Positions 50,893-60,253 are shown, counted from the first letter of the stretch. The stretch: DNA of 64,000 nucleotides from Burkholderiales bacterium (GCA_036560705.1 DATBQR010000054.1:9711-73710), one strand, 5' to 3'. A program made the numbers and translations. The notes: generated by a model from the sequence alone, not told the origin.

Positions 50893-51942
50893 TCAGGAGA
50901 AGGCCAGCCGCGCCGCCCCCGCACCCAGCCGCCCTATGCGCCGGGCCTGCGCGAACCCGCGCGCGGCAAATTCGGCCAGCACGGCCTGCTCCGCGTCGGG
51001 CGCACAGGCCACCAGCAGCCCGCCGCTGGTCTGCGGATCGGTGACCAGCTTGCGCTGCCATTCCGGCGCCCCGCCGGGCAGCGACACGTCCTTGCCGTAG
51101 CCCTGCCAGTTGCGGTCCGAGGCGCCCGTGGCGACGCCCTGCCTGGCCCACTCCAGGGCCTCGGGAATGACCGGCAGGTCGTCCAGACTGACGCTGGCCG
51201 AGAGCTGCGAGCCCCGGCAGATTTCCAGCAGGTGCCCGGCCAGCCCGAAGCCGGTAACGTCGGTCAGCGCGTGCACGCCGGGCATCTCCGAGAGCGCCAT
51301 CCCCGGCGTGTTGAGCTTGGTGGTGGACTCGATCATCGCCGCGTAGCCCGCGTCCGACAGCTTGCCCTTTTTCAGAGCGGCCGAAAGGATGCCGACGCCG
51401 AGCGGCTTGCCGAGGATGAGGACGTCGCCGGCTTTCGCAGTGGAATTTTTCTTGATTTTGTCGGGATGCACGATGCCGAGCGCGACCAGTCCGTAGATCG
51501 GCTCCAGCACGTCGATCGAGTGGCCGCCGGCGATCGGGATGCCGGCCTCGGCGCACACCGATTCGCCGCCCGCGAGGATTTTCCCGATCACTTGCAGCGG
51601 CAGCTTGTCCAGCGGCATGCCGACCAGCGCCAGCGCGAAGATCGGCCTGGCGCCCATGGCGTAGATGTCGGAGATGGCGTTGGTGGCGGCGATGCGCCCG
51701 AAATCGTACGGATCGTCGACGATGGGCGTGAAGAAATCAGTGGTGGCGACCAGCGCCTGCGTATCGTTCAGCTTGTACACCGCCGCATCGTCGGACGTGT
51801 CGGTGCCGACCAGCAATTCCTTGGGCAGCCCGCGGATCGGCGTCGCGGCGAGCAGCTCGGACAATACCGCAGGCGCGATCTTGCAGCCGCAGCCGCCGCC
51901 GTGGCTGAAGGCGGTGAGGCGGATTTTTTCGGGAGCATTCAT
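50893..51942 (-). CDS. selD: selenide, water dikinase (selenophosphate synthetase); SenC role by context
   Basis: 349 aa. The N-terminal motif SHGGGCGCKI carries Cys rather than Sec at the catalytic position. PurM-like domains are present (DDAAVY, TTDFF, GGHSID). Confidence 0.93.
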   Translation of the reverse strand: MNAPEKIRLTAFSHGGGCGCKIAPAVLSELLAATPIRGLPKELLVGTDTSDDAAVYKLNDTQALVATTDFFTPIVDDPYDFGRIAATNAISDIYAMGARPIFALALVGMPLDKLPLQVIGKILAGGESVCAEAGIPIAGGHSIDVLEPIYGLVALGIVHPDKIKKNSTAKAGDVLILGKPLGVGILSAALKKGKLSDAGYAAMIESTTKLNTPGMALSEMPGVHALTDVTGFGLAGHLLEICRGSQLSASVSLDDLPVIPEALEWARQGVATGASDRNWQGYGKDVSLPGGAPEWQRKLVTDPQTSGGLLVACAPDAEQAVLAEFAARGFAQARRIGRLGAGAARLAFS

Positions 51943-51951
51943 GCGGGCATT

Positions 51952-53019
51952 CTAGTCGAGAGTGCAGGTGCGGAAGCCGCAGAACACGTCGCCGCGGTCC
52001 GGCGTGTAGAAATTGCGGAAAGTCGGCCGCAGCAGGCGCGCCGGGGCCGCGAAACTGCCGCCGCGCAGCACCTTGTGCGTGCCGAACCAGGGTTCCGAAT
52101 ACTCCTGGTACGGATCGCGCACGAAGCCCGGATAGGGATTGAACGTGCTCGCGGTCCATTCCCAGACCTGGCCATGGTCCAGGCGGGAACGGGCGCACTC
52201 CCATTCGGCCTCGGTCGGCAGGCGCCGTTTCGCCCAGGCGCAATAGCCCTGCGCCTCGTTCCAGCTGACGTGGCGCGTCGCCTCGCCCGGAGCAAGCGGC
52301 AGCCAGCGCTCGAAGCGCCGCTGCAGCCAGGCGCCACCCTCTTTTTTCCAGTAGCGCGGCGCCGCGCCGCCGGATTCGACGTAAGCAAGGTATTGCGCGT
52401 TGGTAACCACGGAGCGGGAAATGCGGAACGGCGCGATCTCGATTTCATGCGCCCACTTCTCGTTGTCGAACACGAAACCGCTGTCCGGCCTTGCGCCGAG
52501 AATAAATGTTTGGCCTTCTATTTCCAGATCTCCATCTGAAGAAGCGGAAAGCGAAGAATCCACCCCTTCATAACCCAATGTCTGTCTGGTGTAGTGAAAG
52601 GCCTCGGCATGCATGTCTTCGTGAAAGGTCGCCAGGCGCACGAAATACTGTAGAGCTTCGTTTTCCGGCTCCCGCGCCAGCCGCTCGCGGACCAGTTCCA
52701 GCACTTTTTCGCCATAGGAGCGCGTCGCCTTCAGGCCGGGCAGCGGCAGGTCCCAGCGCGTGTCGTGCGCCACCGCGGAGGAATCGTAGAGCGCATCCGC
52801 CCCCGGCAGGATCGAATCGGCGAGCGAGCCATCGGCGCGCTGGCGCAGGCACCAGCGTTCCTGGAACCAGGCGACGTGGCCGATCTCCCAGAGCGGCGGG
52901 TTGACGATCGCCAGCTTCGGCCCGAGCAGCCGCTCGCCGTCGAGATCCCCGGTGACGTGCATCGCCCGCGCGCGGCTGTCGACGAGATCCCGTTCCAGCG
53001 CGGCGGCGTCGGCTAACAT
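51952..53019 (-). CDS. senA: EgtB-family DinB/FGE-sulfatase protein, SenA (selenoneine synthase)-like by sequence type and context
   Basis: 355 aa. The N-terminal DinB-like region (PPLWEIGHVAWFQERW) and the C-terminal FGE-sulfatase region (WNEAQGYCAWAKRRLPTEAEWE, LRGGSFA) are present. The stop lies 9 nt before the selD start, and the gene is divergent from the SenB-type gene. Confidence 0.7.
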   Translation of the reverse strand: MLADAAALERDLVDSRARAMHVTGDLDGERLLGPKLAIVNPPLWEIGHVAWFQERWCLRQRADGSLADSILPGADALYDSSAVAHDTRWDLPLPGLKATRSYGEKVLELVRERLAREPENEALQYFVRLATFHEDMHAEAFHYTRQTLGYEGVDSSLSASSDGDLEIEGQTFILGARPDSGFVFDNEKWAHEIEIAPFRISRSVVTNAQYLAYVESGGAAPRYWKKEGGAWLQRRFERWLPLAPGEATRHVSWNEAQGYCAWAKRRLPTEAEWECARSRLDHGQVWEWTASTFNPYPGFVRDPYQEYSEPWFGTHKVLRGGSFAAPARLLRPTFRNFYTPDRGDVFCGFRTCTLD

Positions 53020-53036
53020 GCCTGCGAGTCTAGCCC

Positions 53037-54029
53037 ATGGCCCGCATCGCGATCGTCACCCCCGCAGGCGCAGGTTCACGCAATGGCAACCGCCATACCG
53101 CCCAGCGCTGGGCCGGCTTCCTGCGCGCCGCAGGCCACCGCGTGTCGGTCGATACGGAATGGAACGGCAAGCCCTGCGACCTGCTGCTGGCACTGCACGC
53201 GCGCCGCAGCCATCCCTCCGTCCTGAAGTACCGAAAACGATTTCCCGCCGGTCCTCTCGTTGTCGCGCTCACCGGCACCGACCTGTACCGCGACCTGCCC
53301 GCTTCGCGCGAAGCGCAACATTCCCTCCGGCTGGCGGACAGAGTCATCGTCCTGCAGGAAGACGCCCTTCGCTTTTTGAGTCCCGGCATCCGAAAGAAGG
53401 CGCGCGTCGTGTACCAATCCGCCGCGCCGTCCGTGCGCCATGCGCCGCTAACGGGCCGGTTCCGCGTCGCGGTCGTGGGCCATCTGCGAAAGGAAAAGGA
53501 TCCCTTTCGCGCCGCGCTCGCGCTGTCCCATGTGAAGCAGGACGTGGAAGTCGTGCAAATCGGCGACGCGCTTTCCCCGGAAATGAAGACGGAAGCGCTG
53601 AGACTGATGAAACGCGAGCCCCGCTACCACTGGCTGGGGGGCAGGACGCACCGCCAGGCGCTCGGCTGGATCGCACGCAGCCACCTGCTCGTCGTCAGTT
53701 CCGTCATGGAGGGCGGCGCCAACGTCATCAGCGAAGCGGCGCGCATCGGCACGCCGGTGCTGGCGTCGCGCGTATCGGGAAACGTCGGCATGCTGGGCCG
53801 GAACTACCCCGGCTACTTTCCGCTGTTCGACGGCCGCAGACTCGCAAGTCTGATCGAACGCGCGGCTGCCGGTCCGGAGTTCTATCGAAAAATTCGGCGT
53901 GCGATGGCAGCGAGACGGCCGTTGTTTTCGCCGACGGCGGAGAGCCAGGCGCTGCGCAACGCGCTGCGCGGCCCACTCGATGTTGCGGCCCGCAGGACGA
54001 ACAGATCGCCGTTCACTGCCAGCGGATAA
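53037..54029 (+). CDS. senB: selD-associated glycosyltransferase, SenB (selenosugar synthase)-like
   Basis: 330 aa. The N-terminus IAIVTPAGAGSRNGNRHTAQRWAGFL and the C-terminal GT-B-like EGGANVISEA match the family characteristically encoded beside selD and senA. Confidence 0.7.
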   Translation: MARIAIVTPAGAGSRNGNRHTAQRWAGFLRAAGHRVSVDTEWNGKPCDLLLALHARRSHPSVLKYRKRFPAGPLVVALTGTDLYRDLPASREAQHSLRLADRVIVLQEDALRFLSPGIRKKARVVYQSAAPSVRHAPLTGRFRVAVVGHLRKEKDPFRAALALSHVKQDVEVVQIGDALSPEMKTEALRLMKREPRYHWLGGRTHRQALGWIARSHLLVVSSVMEGGANVISEAARIGTPVLASRVSGNVGMLGRNYPGYFPLFDGRRLASLIERAAAGPEFYRKIRRAMAARRPLFSPTAESQALRNALRGPLDVAARRTNRSPFTASG

Positions 54030-54531
54030 GCAGGCCGGCGCTGCCGCCGAGAGACCGTTCGTCTCTCCTGCTGCCAAGCCCGAAACCATAGCTCGGTTCG
54101 ACATACCAGCCGATATTCCTGGCCGGCCAAAACATGAAATCGAGGACGCACTCCGCTCCGAGAGTGGTGCCGCGTTCCTGGCCATCGAGTTTTCGCGTCA
54201 CCTGGGGACCGCAACCGACCATGAGTTCGGCCGATTGAGAGAGCGTGAACGGTTTCTTGAATAGGAAACCGATCTCCGTTTCTCTTCGTCCGGCCGCATT
54301 CAACCGCGTAACGCCGGCTTCGACTTCGAGCCACTCGTCGATCAGCGTCTTCTCGATCGATAGCGCCGCACCGGAACTGGCCGATTTGCTCCTGAGATCC
54401 CGTTCGAACGCCGGCCCCACGGAAATTCGGTAGCCGTCATCATCGGCGGGCCGCGCCTGGCCGATCGCATGGCCGCACGCAAACATCTGCATGCCGGCCG
54501 CCAGCAGGCCGAACCATCTGAGGGTACTCAT
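54013..54531 (-). CDS. hypothetical secreted protein (possible small beta-barrel)
   Basis: 172 aa with a signal peptide (WFGLLAAGMQMFACGHAIGQA). It shows alternating-hydrophobic strands and an aromatic-rich C-terminus (LLIRWQ). No family recognised. Confidence 0.45.
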   Translation of the reverse strand: MSTLRWFGLLAAGMQMFACGHAIGQARPADDDGYRISVGPAFERDLRSKSASSGAALSIEKTLIDEWLEVEAGVTRLNAAGRRETEIGFLFKKPFTLSQSAELMVGCGPQVTRKLDGQERGTTLGAECVLDFMFWPARNIGWYVEPSYGFGLGSRRDERSLGGSAGLLIRWQ

Positions 54532-54581
54532 CGGTCCACAAGCTTATCAAGCTCCTGCCGGCGGCGCGTAGAATCCCGCCC

Positions 54582-55640
54582 ATGAAACCGGTACCGCGCC
54601 TCAGCCTGCCAGCCGAAGGCGCGACCTTCGCGGGATTCGAAACCATCATCGACACGCGCTCGCCCGCCGAGTTCGCCGAAGACCACGTCCCGGGCGCGGT
54701 GTCCTGCCCCGTTCTCGACAACGAGGAGCGCGCGCGCGTCGGCACGATCTACAAGCAGGTCTCGCCCTTCGAGGCGAAGAAGCTCGGCGCGGCGCTGGTG
54801 GCGAAGAACATTGCTTTTCATATTGAAAAAATCTTTATGGAAAAACCGAGGGCCTGGAAACCCCTCGTCTATTGCTGGCGCGGCGGCAAGCGCTCGGGCG
54901 CCATGGCGCACGTGCTGCGCGAGATCGGCTGGGAAGCGAGGACGCTCGAAGGCGGCTACAAAGCGTACCGGCACTACGTCGTCGATTCGCTCGCCGCGCT
55001 GCCGGCAAAACTGACCTTCAGGGTGATCCACGGCGTCACCGGCAGCGGCAAGAGCCGCCTGCTGCGGGCGCTGCACGCGGCGGGCGCGCAGGTGCTGGAC
55101 CTCGAGGATCTCGCCGCGCACCGCGGCTCGGTGCTCGGCACCCTGCCCGGCCGGCCGCAGCCGTCGCAAAAGATGCTCGAAAGCCTGCTCCTGCAGAAAA
55201 TTCTTTCCTTCGACATCGGAAAAGAAATTTATGTGGAAGGCGAATCAAAAAAAATCGGCCAGCTGCAGGTCCCCGATGCGCTGATCGCGCGCATGCGCGC
55301 GAGCGAGTGCGTGCTGCTGGAGACCGGCATCGAGACGCGCGTCGCGCTGCTGCTGGACGAATACCGCCATTTCTTCACCGATCCGGCCGCGCTCGGCGCG
55401 CAGCTGGATTGCCTCGTCAGCATGCACGGCCGCGAGAAAATCAGCGAATGGAAGGCGCTCGCCGCCGCCGGCGAATGGCCGGCGCTGGTGGCGCGGTTGC
55501 TGGAAGACCACTACGACGCGGCCTACCGGCGCTCCGCGGCGCATAATTTTCCGCGCCTCGACGCGGCGAAGATCCTGCACCTCGATTCAGCAAATAATGC
55601 GGCCTTCGCGCAGCTCGCCGGGCAGCTAGCCGGAGCCTGA
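54582..55640 (+). CDS. selU: tRNA 2-selenouridine synthase (SelU/MnmH)
   Basis: 352 aa with a rhodanese domain carrying the catalytic CWRGGKRS and a P-loop GVTGSGKS. Confidence 0.9.
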   Translation: MKPVPRLSLPAEGATFAGFETIIDTRSPAEFAEDHVPGAVSCPVLDNEERARVGTIYKQVSPFEAKKLGAALVAKNIAFHIEKIFMEKPRAWKPLVYCWRGGKRSGAMAHVLREIGWEARTLEGGYKAYRHYVVDSLAALPAKLTFRVIHGVTGSGKSRLLRALHAAGAQVLDLEDLAAHRGSVLGTLPGRPQPSQKMLESLLLQKILSFDIGKEIYVEGESKKIGQLQVPDALIARMRASECVLLETGIETRVALLLDEYRHFFTDPAALGAQLDCLVSMHGREKISEWKALAAAGEWPALVARLLEDHYDAAYRRSAAHNFPRLDAAKILHLDSANNAAFAQLAGQLAGA

Positions 55641-55652
55641 AGCGCCATGCTG

Positions 55653-55683
55653 CCGTCGTCCCCGCGCAGGCGGGGACCATTTA
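55653..55683 (+). repeat. REP-like hairpin repeat (copy 1)
   Basis: CGTCGTCCCCGCGCAGGCGGGGACCATTT contains an 8-bp stem with a 4-nt loop (GTCCCCGC-GCAG-GCGGGGAC). It lies between the convergent selU and DUF1801 genes, so it could also act as a bidirectional terminator. Confidence 0.5.
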
Positions 55684-56091
55684 GGACTTCGTTTTCTTCG
55701 AAGCTTTCGACTTGTTGAGGTCGATCGCCTGGCGAATGAGCGCCTTGAAGGCGGTCGCGTCGACGTCCTCTGCCTCGCGGATGTCGATCGCGCGGCGCAC
55801 GTTGCCTTCGAGACTCGAATTGAAGAGACGGCCCGGATCCTTCAGCGACGCGCCCTTGGCGAAGGTGAGCTTCACCTTGTCCTTGTAGGACTCGCCGGTG
55901 CAAATGATGCCGTCGTGCGACCAGACGGGCGTGCCCATCCACTTCCACTCCTCGACGACCTCCGGGTCCGCTTCCTTGATGAGCTTGCGCATCCTGCCAA
56001 GCGTTTTCCCGCGCCAGTCCCCGAGTTCGGCGATTCTTTTCGAGATCAGCTCCGCTGCTGCCTGGCCCTGGCTCACGCCTGGCTTTTTCAT
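55681..56091 (-). CDS. DUF1801 (YdhG-like) domain protein
   Basis: The internal ATG gives 136 aa (EWKWMGTPVWSHDGIICTGESYKDKVKLTFAKGASL), typical of DUF1801. Confidence 0.72.
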   Translation of the reverse strand: MKKPGVSQGQAAAELISKRIAELGDWRGKTLGRMRKLIKEADPEVVEEWKWMGTPVWSHDGIICTGESYKDKVKLTFAKGASLKDPGRLFNSSLEGNVRRAIDIREAEDVDATAFKALIRQAIDLNKSKASKKTKS

Positions 56092-56113
56092 GCTCTCATC
56101 CCGGAAGCGAACG

Positions 56114-56356
56114 TTACTTGATGTCCTCGAGCTTGACGCCGCGACCCGCGCGGAAGCTCGCGCGAGCCTGCTCCACGCGTTGTATGAATCGTGGGTCGTT
56201 CTCGAGCCGGTAGTCGAACCAGTCGTCCTCCGACTTGAATCCGATAAGCACGCCGGCCGGTTTGCCATGGCGCGTGATGACCACATCCTGGGTCTCCGCT
56301 TCCCGGAGAAAGCGGGACAAGTCGTCCTTGACCTCGGAAAGGGGCACTGTCTTCAC
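56114..56356 (-). CDS. Phd/YefM-family type II antitoxin
   Basis: KTVPLSEVKDDLSRFLREAETQDVVITRHGKPAGVLIG is a canonical Phd/YefM N-domain. The preferred GTG start at 56356 forms a GTGA overlap with the toxin stop. The track ATG at 56383 would overlap the toxin by 31 nt. Confidence 0.8.
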   Translation of the reverse strand: MKTVPLSEVKDDLSRFLREAETQDVVITRHGKPAGVLIGFKSEDDWFDYRLENDPRFIQRVEQARASFRAGRGVKLEDIK

Positions 56357-56655
56357 TTTGGATTTCCGTACCGCGTCAGCCATGACCCAGCCTCCGGTTT
56401 AGGCACGATCGCCAATACCTCGACGAGCGAACCCGAGACATCGTAGAACACACGAACCTCTTCAACCCGGAGCCTGTACTGCGGTCGCGCCATGCCGCGC
56501 AAACGCTTGATTCGGCTACGGCTCGTCCCGGTTGGTTCGTGCCTCAAATGAGTTTCGAGGGCTGCCTTTACCGCCGTCCGTTCGCCGGCCTTCAATCTTC
56601 GCAGGTCTTCGACGGCCTCGGGAGCCAGAAGTATCTCGAACCGCATTCTGGCCAT
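56353..56655 (-). CDS. RelE/ParE-family type II toxin
   Basis: 100 aa. The motif pattern YRLRVEEVRVFYDVSGSLVEVLAIVPK is typical of the RelE/ParE fold. Confidence 0.78.
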   Translation of the reverse strand: MARMRFEILLAPEAVEDLRRLKAGERTAVKAALETHLRHEPTGTSRSRIKRLRGMARPQYRLRVEEVRVFYDVSGSLVEVLAIVPKPEAGSWLTRYGNPK

Positions 56656-56716
56656 ATTATAGCCAGAATAGTTTCTGCCGGACAGTGCATTCCAACTTGA
56701 ATTGGAACGCGACCGA

Positions 56717-56745
56717 AAATGGGTCCCGCCTTCGCGGGGGCGACG
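56717..56745 (-). repeat. REP-like hairpin repeat (copy 2, inverted)
   Basis: The reverse complement CGTCGCCCCCGCGAAGGCGGGACCCATTTT matches copy 1 at about 26 of 30 positions. It lies between the monooxygenase stop and the toxin gene. Confidence 0.5.
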
Positions 56746-56754
56746 TAGTTCTCG

Positions 56755-58323
56755 CTAGCTCGCGATCCCCAGCCGCGCGGAGAAGTGGCGTTCGACGGCG
56801 CCTGCTTCCAATTTCGTCCCGGCGAGGCCGATGTGGCCGTCGGGGCGCACGAGGTAGAACGAAGTTTTGGGAATCTCCGCGCGCGCCAGTTCGACGTTAT
56901 TGGCGGGATCGTCGGGGATTCCGTGAATCTGCAGGAGGCTTTCCGGGATCGTCAGCGCAGGAACCGGTTGACCGGCGACGAACAGGTGGAAGCGCAGGTC
57001 GTCGAACTTGCGGAACAGGTCTTCGACCGGCCCGTTTTCCGCCAACTTCAATTGCAGCCAGGGGAAGCGGTCGCCCGCGCGCGGCGTGCCTTCAGGGAGC
57101 GCCGCCGTTGATTGCGATAACGCACTTGAGCGATAGTGGATGCCGATCTGGGAGACGGTACGGAACGCGAACCGTTGCACCGCTTCGAGGCCCATGGCGA
57201 ACGCGGCGACGCGGGCCAGCACCTGCGTGCGCAGCAGGCCGGCGAGCCAGTTGTCGGCGACGACCAGCCTGAACGCGCGGTCGGTGGTTTCCAGCAGGCG
57301 CCGCGCGACGGGGATGCGCTCTTCCTCGTAGGAATCGAGCAGGCGCGGGTGCGCACGGCCGCCGATCACCAGCGCGAGCTTCCAGCCTAGGTTGTAGGCG
57401 TCCTGCAGCCCGGTGTTCATGCCCTGCGCGCCGACCGGGCTGTGGATGTGCGCCGCGTCGCCGAGCAGGAAGCAGCGCCGGTCGCGGAAGCGCGCCGCGC
57501 TTCGATGATGGATCTTGTAGGTGGAGAACCAGCTGCAGCCGCGGAAGGACAGTCCAGCGCCCGCCTCGCCGCGCACCGAGGGAATCACATCATCGAAGCC
57601 GACATCTTTTGGGCCATTGAGCGCCGGCGGCAGGATGCCGACGATGCGCCAGTGGTCCCTGCCGCGCATCGGGAAGAACAGGTGAAATCCCTTGCGCCAG
57701 AGGTAGACGTTGACTTCGTCCGGCACCATGCTGCCGGTGACTTCGACGTCGGCGACGAAGAACACGTGCTCGTAGGGCGCGCCGGGAAAGCCGATGCCGC
57801 TCAGCTCGCGCACCGCGCTGTGCGCGCCGTCGCAGCCGGCGACCCACGCGGCATTGACCACGCGCATCGTGCCGTCGCTCTGGCGCAGCGTCGCCGCGAC
57901 ATGACCCGGCGACTGCGCAAGGCCGGCCAGTTCGGTGTTCCACTGCACGGCCGCGCCCCAGTCGCGCAGCCGCTCGCCCATCAGGCGCTCGTTGTCGTCC
58001 TGGCCGAGAATCAGGATGTACGGGTACGGCGTCGCGCCGCGGCCGGCCTCGCCCAGCGGCACGCGCGCCATCTTGCGGCCCTCCGCCCAGATGTTCGCGC
58101 CGGTGCCCCGCTTGCCGAGTTCCAGCGCACGCTCCACGATGCCGAGCTGCGCGTAGATTTCCAGCGTTCGAGCCTGCACGCCGAGCGCCCGCGTCTGCAG
58201 TGACGGCCCGGCGTGCCGGTCGATGATCGTGGAACGCACGCCGCGCCGCGCGAGCTGGTTGGCGAGCATCAGCCCGGTCGGGCCGGCGCCGACGATCAGC
58301 ACGTCCGCATCCAGTGAACTCAC
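56755..58323 (-). CDS. FAD-dependent aromatic-ring monooxygenase (PheA/TfdB-like)
   Basis: Motifs DVLIVGAGPTGL, CDGAHSAVR and GDAAHIHSPVGAQGMNTGLQDAYNLGWK are present, plus a thioredoxin-like C-terminal domain. GTG start at 58323; an in-frame TTG at 58350 would form a TTGA overlap with the upstream stop. Confidence 0.8.
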   Translation of the reverse strand: MSSLDADVLIVGAGPTGLMLANQLARRGVRSTIIDRHAGPSLQTRALGVQARTLEIYAQLGIVERALELGKRGTGANIWAEGRKMARVPLGEAGRGATPYPYILILGQDDNERLMGERLRDWGAAVQWNTELAGLAQSPGHVAATLRQSDGTMRVVNAAWVAGCDGAHSAVRELSGIGFPGAPYEHVFFVADVEVTGSMVPDEVNVYLWRKGFHLFFPMRGRDHWRIVGILPPALNGPKDVGFDDVIPSVRGEAGAGLSFRGCSWFSTYKIHHRSAARFRDRRCFLLGDAAHIHSPVGAQGMNTGLQDAYNLGWKLALVIGGRAHPRLLDSYEEERIPVARRLLETTDRAFRLVVADNWLAGLLRTQVLARVAAFAMGLEAVQRFAFRTVSQIGIHYRSSALSQSTAALPEGTPRAGDRFPWLQLKLAENGPVEDLFRKFDDLRFHLFVAGQPVPALTIPESLLQIHGIPDDPANNVELARAEIPKTSFYLVRPDGHIGLAGTKLEAGAVERHFSARLGIAS

Positions 58324-58346
58324 TGCGGCTGGATACAGGCTTCCCG

Positions 58347-59288
58347 TCAATTCAACCCGGCCAGCACCCGGACGTGCTGCACCACGCTCCTGCCGAGCGC
58401 GGAGAGCGCGTAGCCGCCTTCGAGCATCGAGACGATGCGGCCCCTGGAATGACGGTCGGCGATCGCCTTCACCTGCTCGGTGACCCAGCGGTAGTCGGCG
58501 TCCTTCAACTGCAGCATCGCCATCTCGTCTTCGACGTGGGCGTCGAAGCCCGCCGAGAAAATCACCAGCTCGGGGCGGAACTCGTCGAGCGCGGGCAGCC
58601 AGTGCTCGGTCACCGCCGCGTGGAATTGCTTCGAGCCCGCGCCTGCCGGCAGCGGCACGTTGACCATGTTCGAGGCGGGCATTTCGGTGCCGCTGTAGGG
58701 ATAGAACGGATGCTGGAAGGTGGAAGCCATCAGCACCTGCGGATCGTCCTCGAAAATCTCCTCGGTGCCGTTGCCATGGTGCACGTCGAAATCGATGATG
58801 GCGACGCGCTCCAGGCCGTGCGCCTGCAGCGCGTGGCGCGCCGCCACCGCGACGTTGTTGAAGATGCAGAAACCCATCGGCCGCGCGCGCAGCGCGTGGT
58901 GGCCCGGCGGCCGCACGCTGCAAAATGCATTCTGGACCTTGTTTTCGAAAACCAGGTCGACCGCCAGGACGGCCGCGCCCGCGCCGCGCAGCGCGGCGTT
59001 CAGGCTGTGCGGGTTCATCGCCGTGTCCGGGTCGAGATGGATCATGCCCGTCTGCGGCGCGGCCTCGCGGATGGCGCGCACGTATTCGATCGGATGTACG
59101 CGCGCGAGCTGGGCGTCGGTTGCGAGCGGCGCCTCGTATCTCTGCAGATGATCGGCGACGCCGGAGGCGATCAGCTGGTCCTCGATCGCGGTAAGCCGCG
59201 CCGGCTGCTCCGGATGGCCGGCGCCCATGTCGTGCTTCAGGCAGTCCGGGTGCGTGATGAACGCGGTAGACATAAGGCTATGAATCAT
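58347..59288 (-). CDS. histone deacetylase-family amidohydrolase
   Basis: 313 aa with RPPGHHA, DFDVHHGNGT and EGGY motifs of the arginase/HDAC superfamily. Confidence 0.88.
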   Translation of the reverse strand: MIHSLMSTAFITHPDCLKHDMGAGHPEQPARLTAIEDQLIASGVADHLQRYEAPLATDAQLARVHPIEYVRAIREAAPQTGMIHLDPDTAMNPHSLNAALRGAGAAVLAVDLVFENKVQNAFCSVRPPGHHALRARPMGFCIFNNVAVAARHALQAHGLERVAIIDFDVHHGNGTEEIFEDDPQVLMASTFQHPFYPYSGTEMPASNMVNVPLPAGAGSKQFHAAVTEHWLPALDEFRPELVIFSAGFDAHVEDEMAMLQLKDADYRWVTEQVKAIADRHSRGRIVSMLEGGYALSALGRSVVQHVRVLAGLN

Positions 59289-59311
59289 AACGTATCAAGT
59301 ACAATGCGACG

Positions 59312-60253
<942 letters not shown>

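Noticed and set aside
55641-56754. Mobile genetic element (IS, integron cassette or prophage remnant) at the TA islet.
   Set aside because: No transposase, integrase, attC-like site or direct target duplication was found. Only inverted REP-like hairpins are present, so it is reported as a repeat-flanked islet rather than a mobile element.
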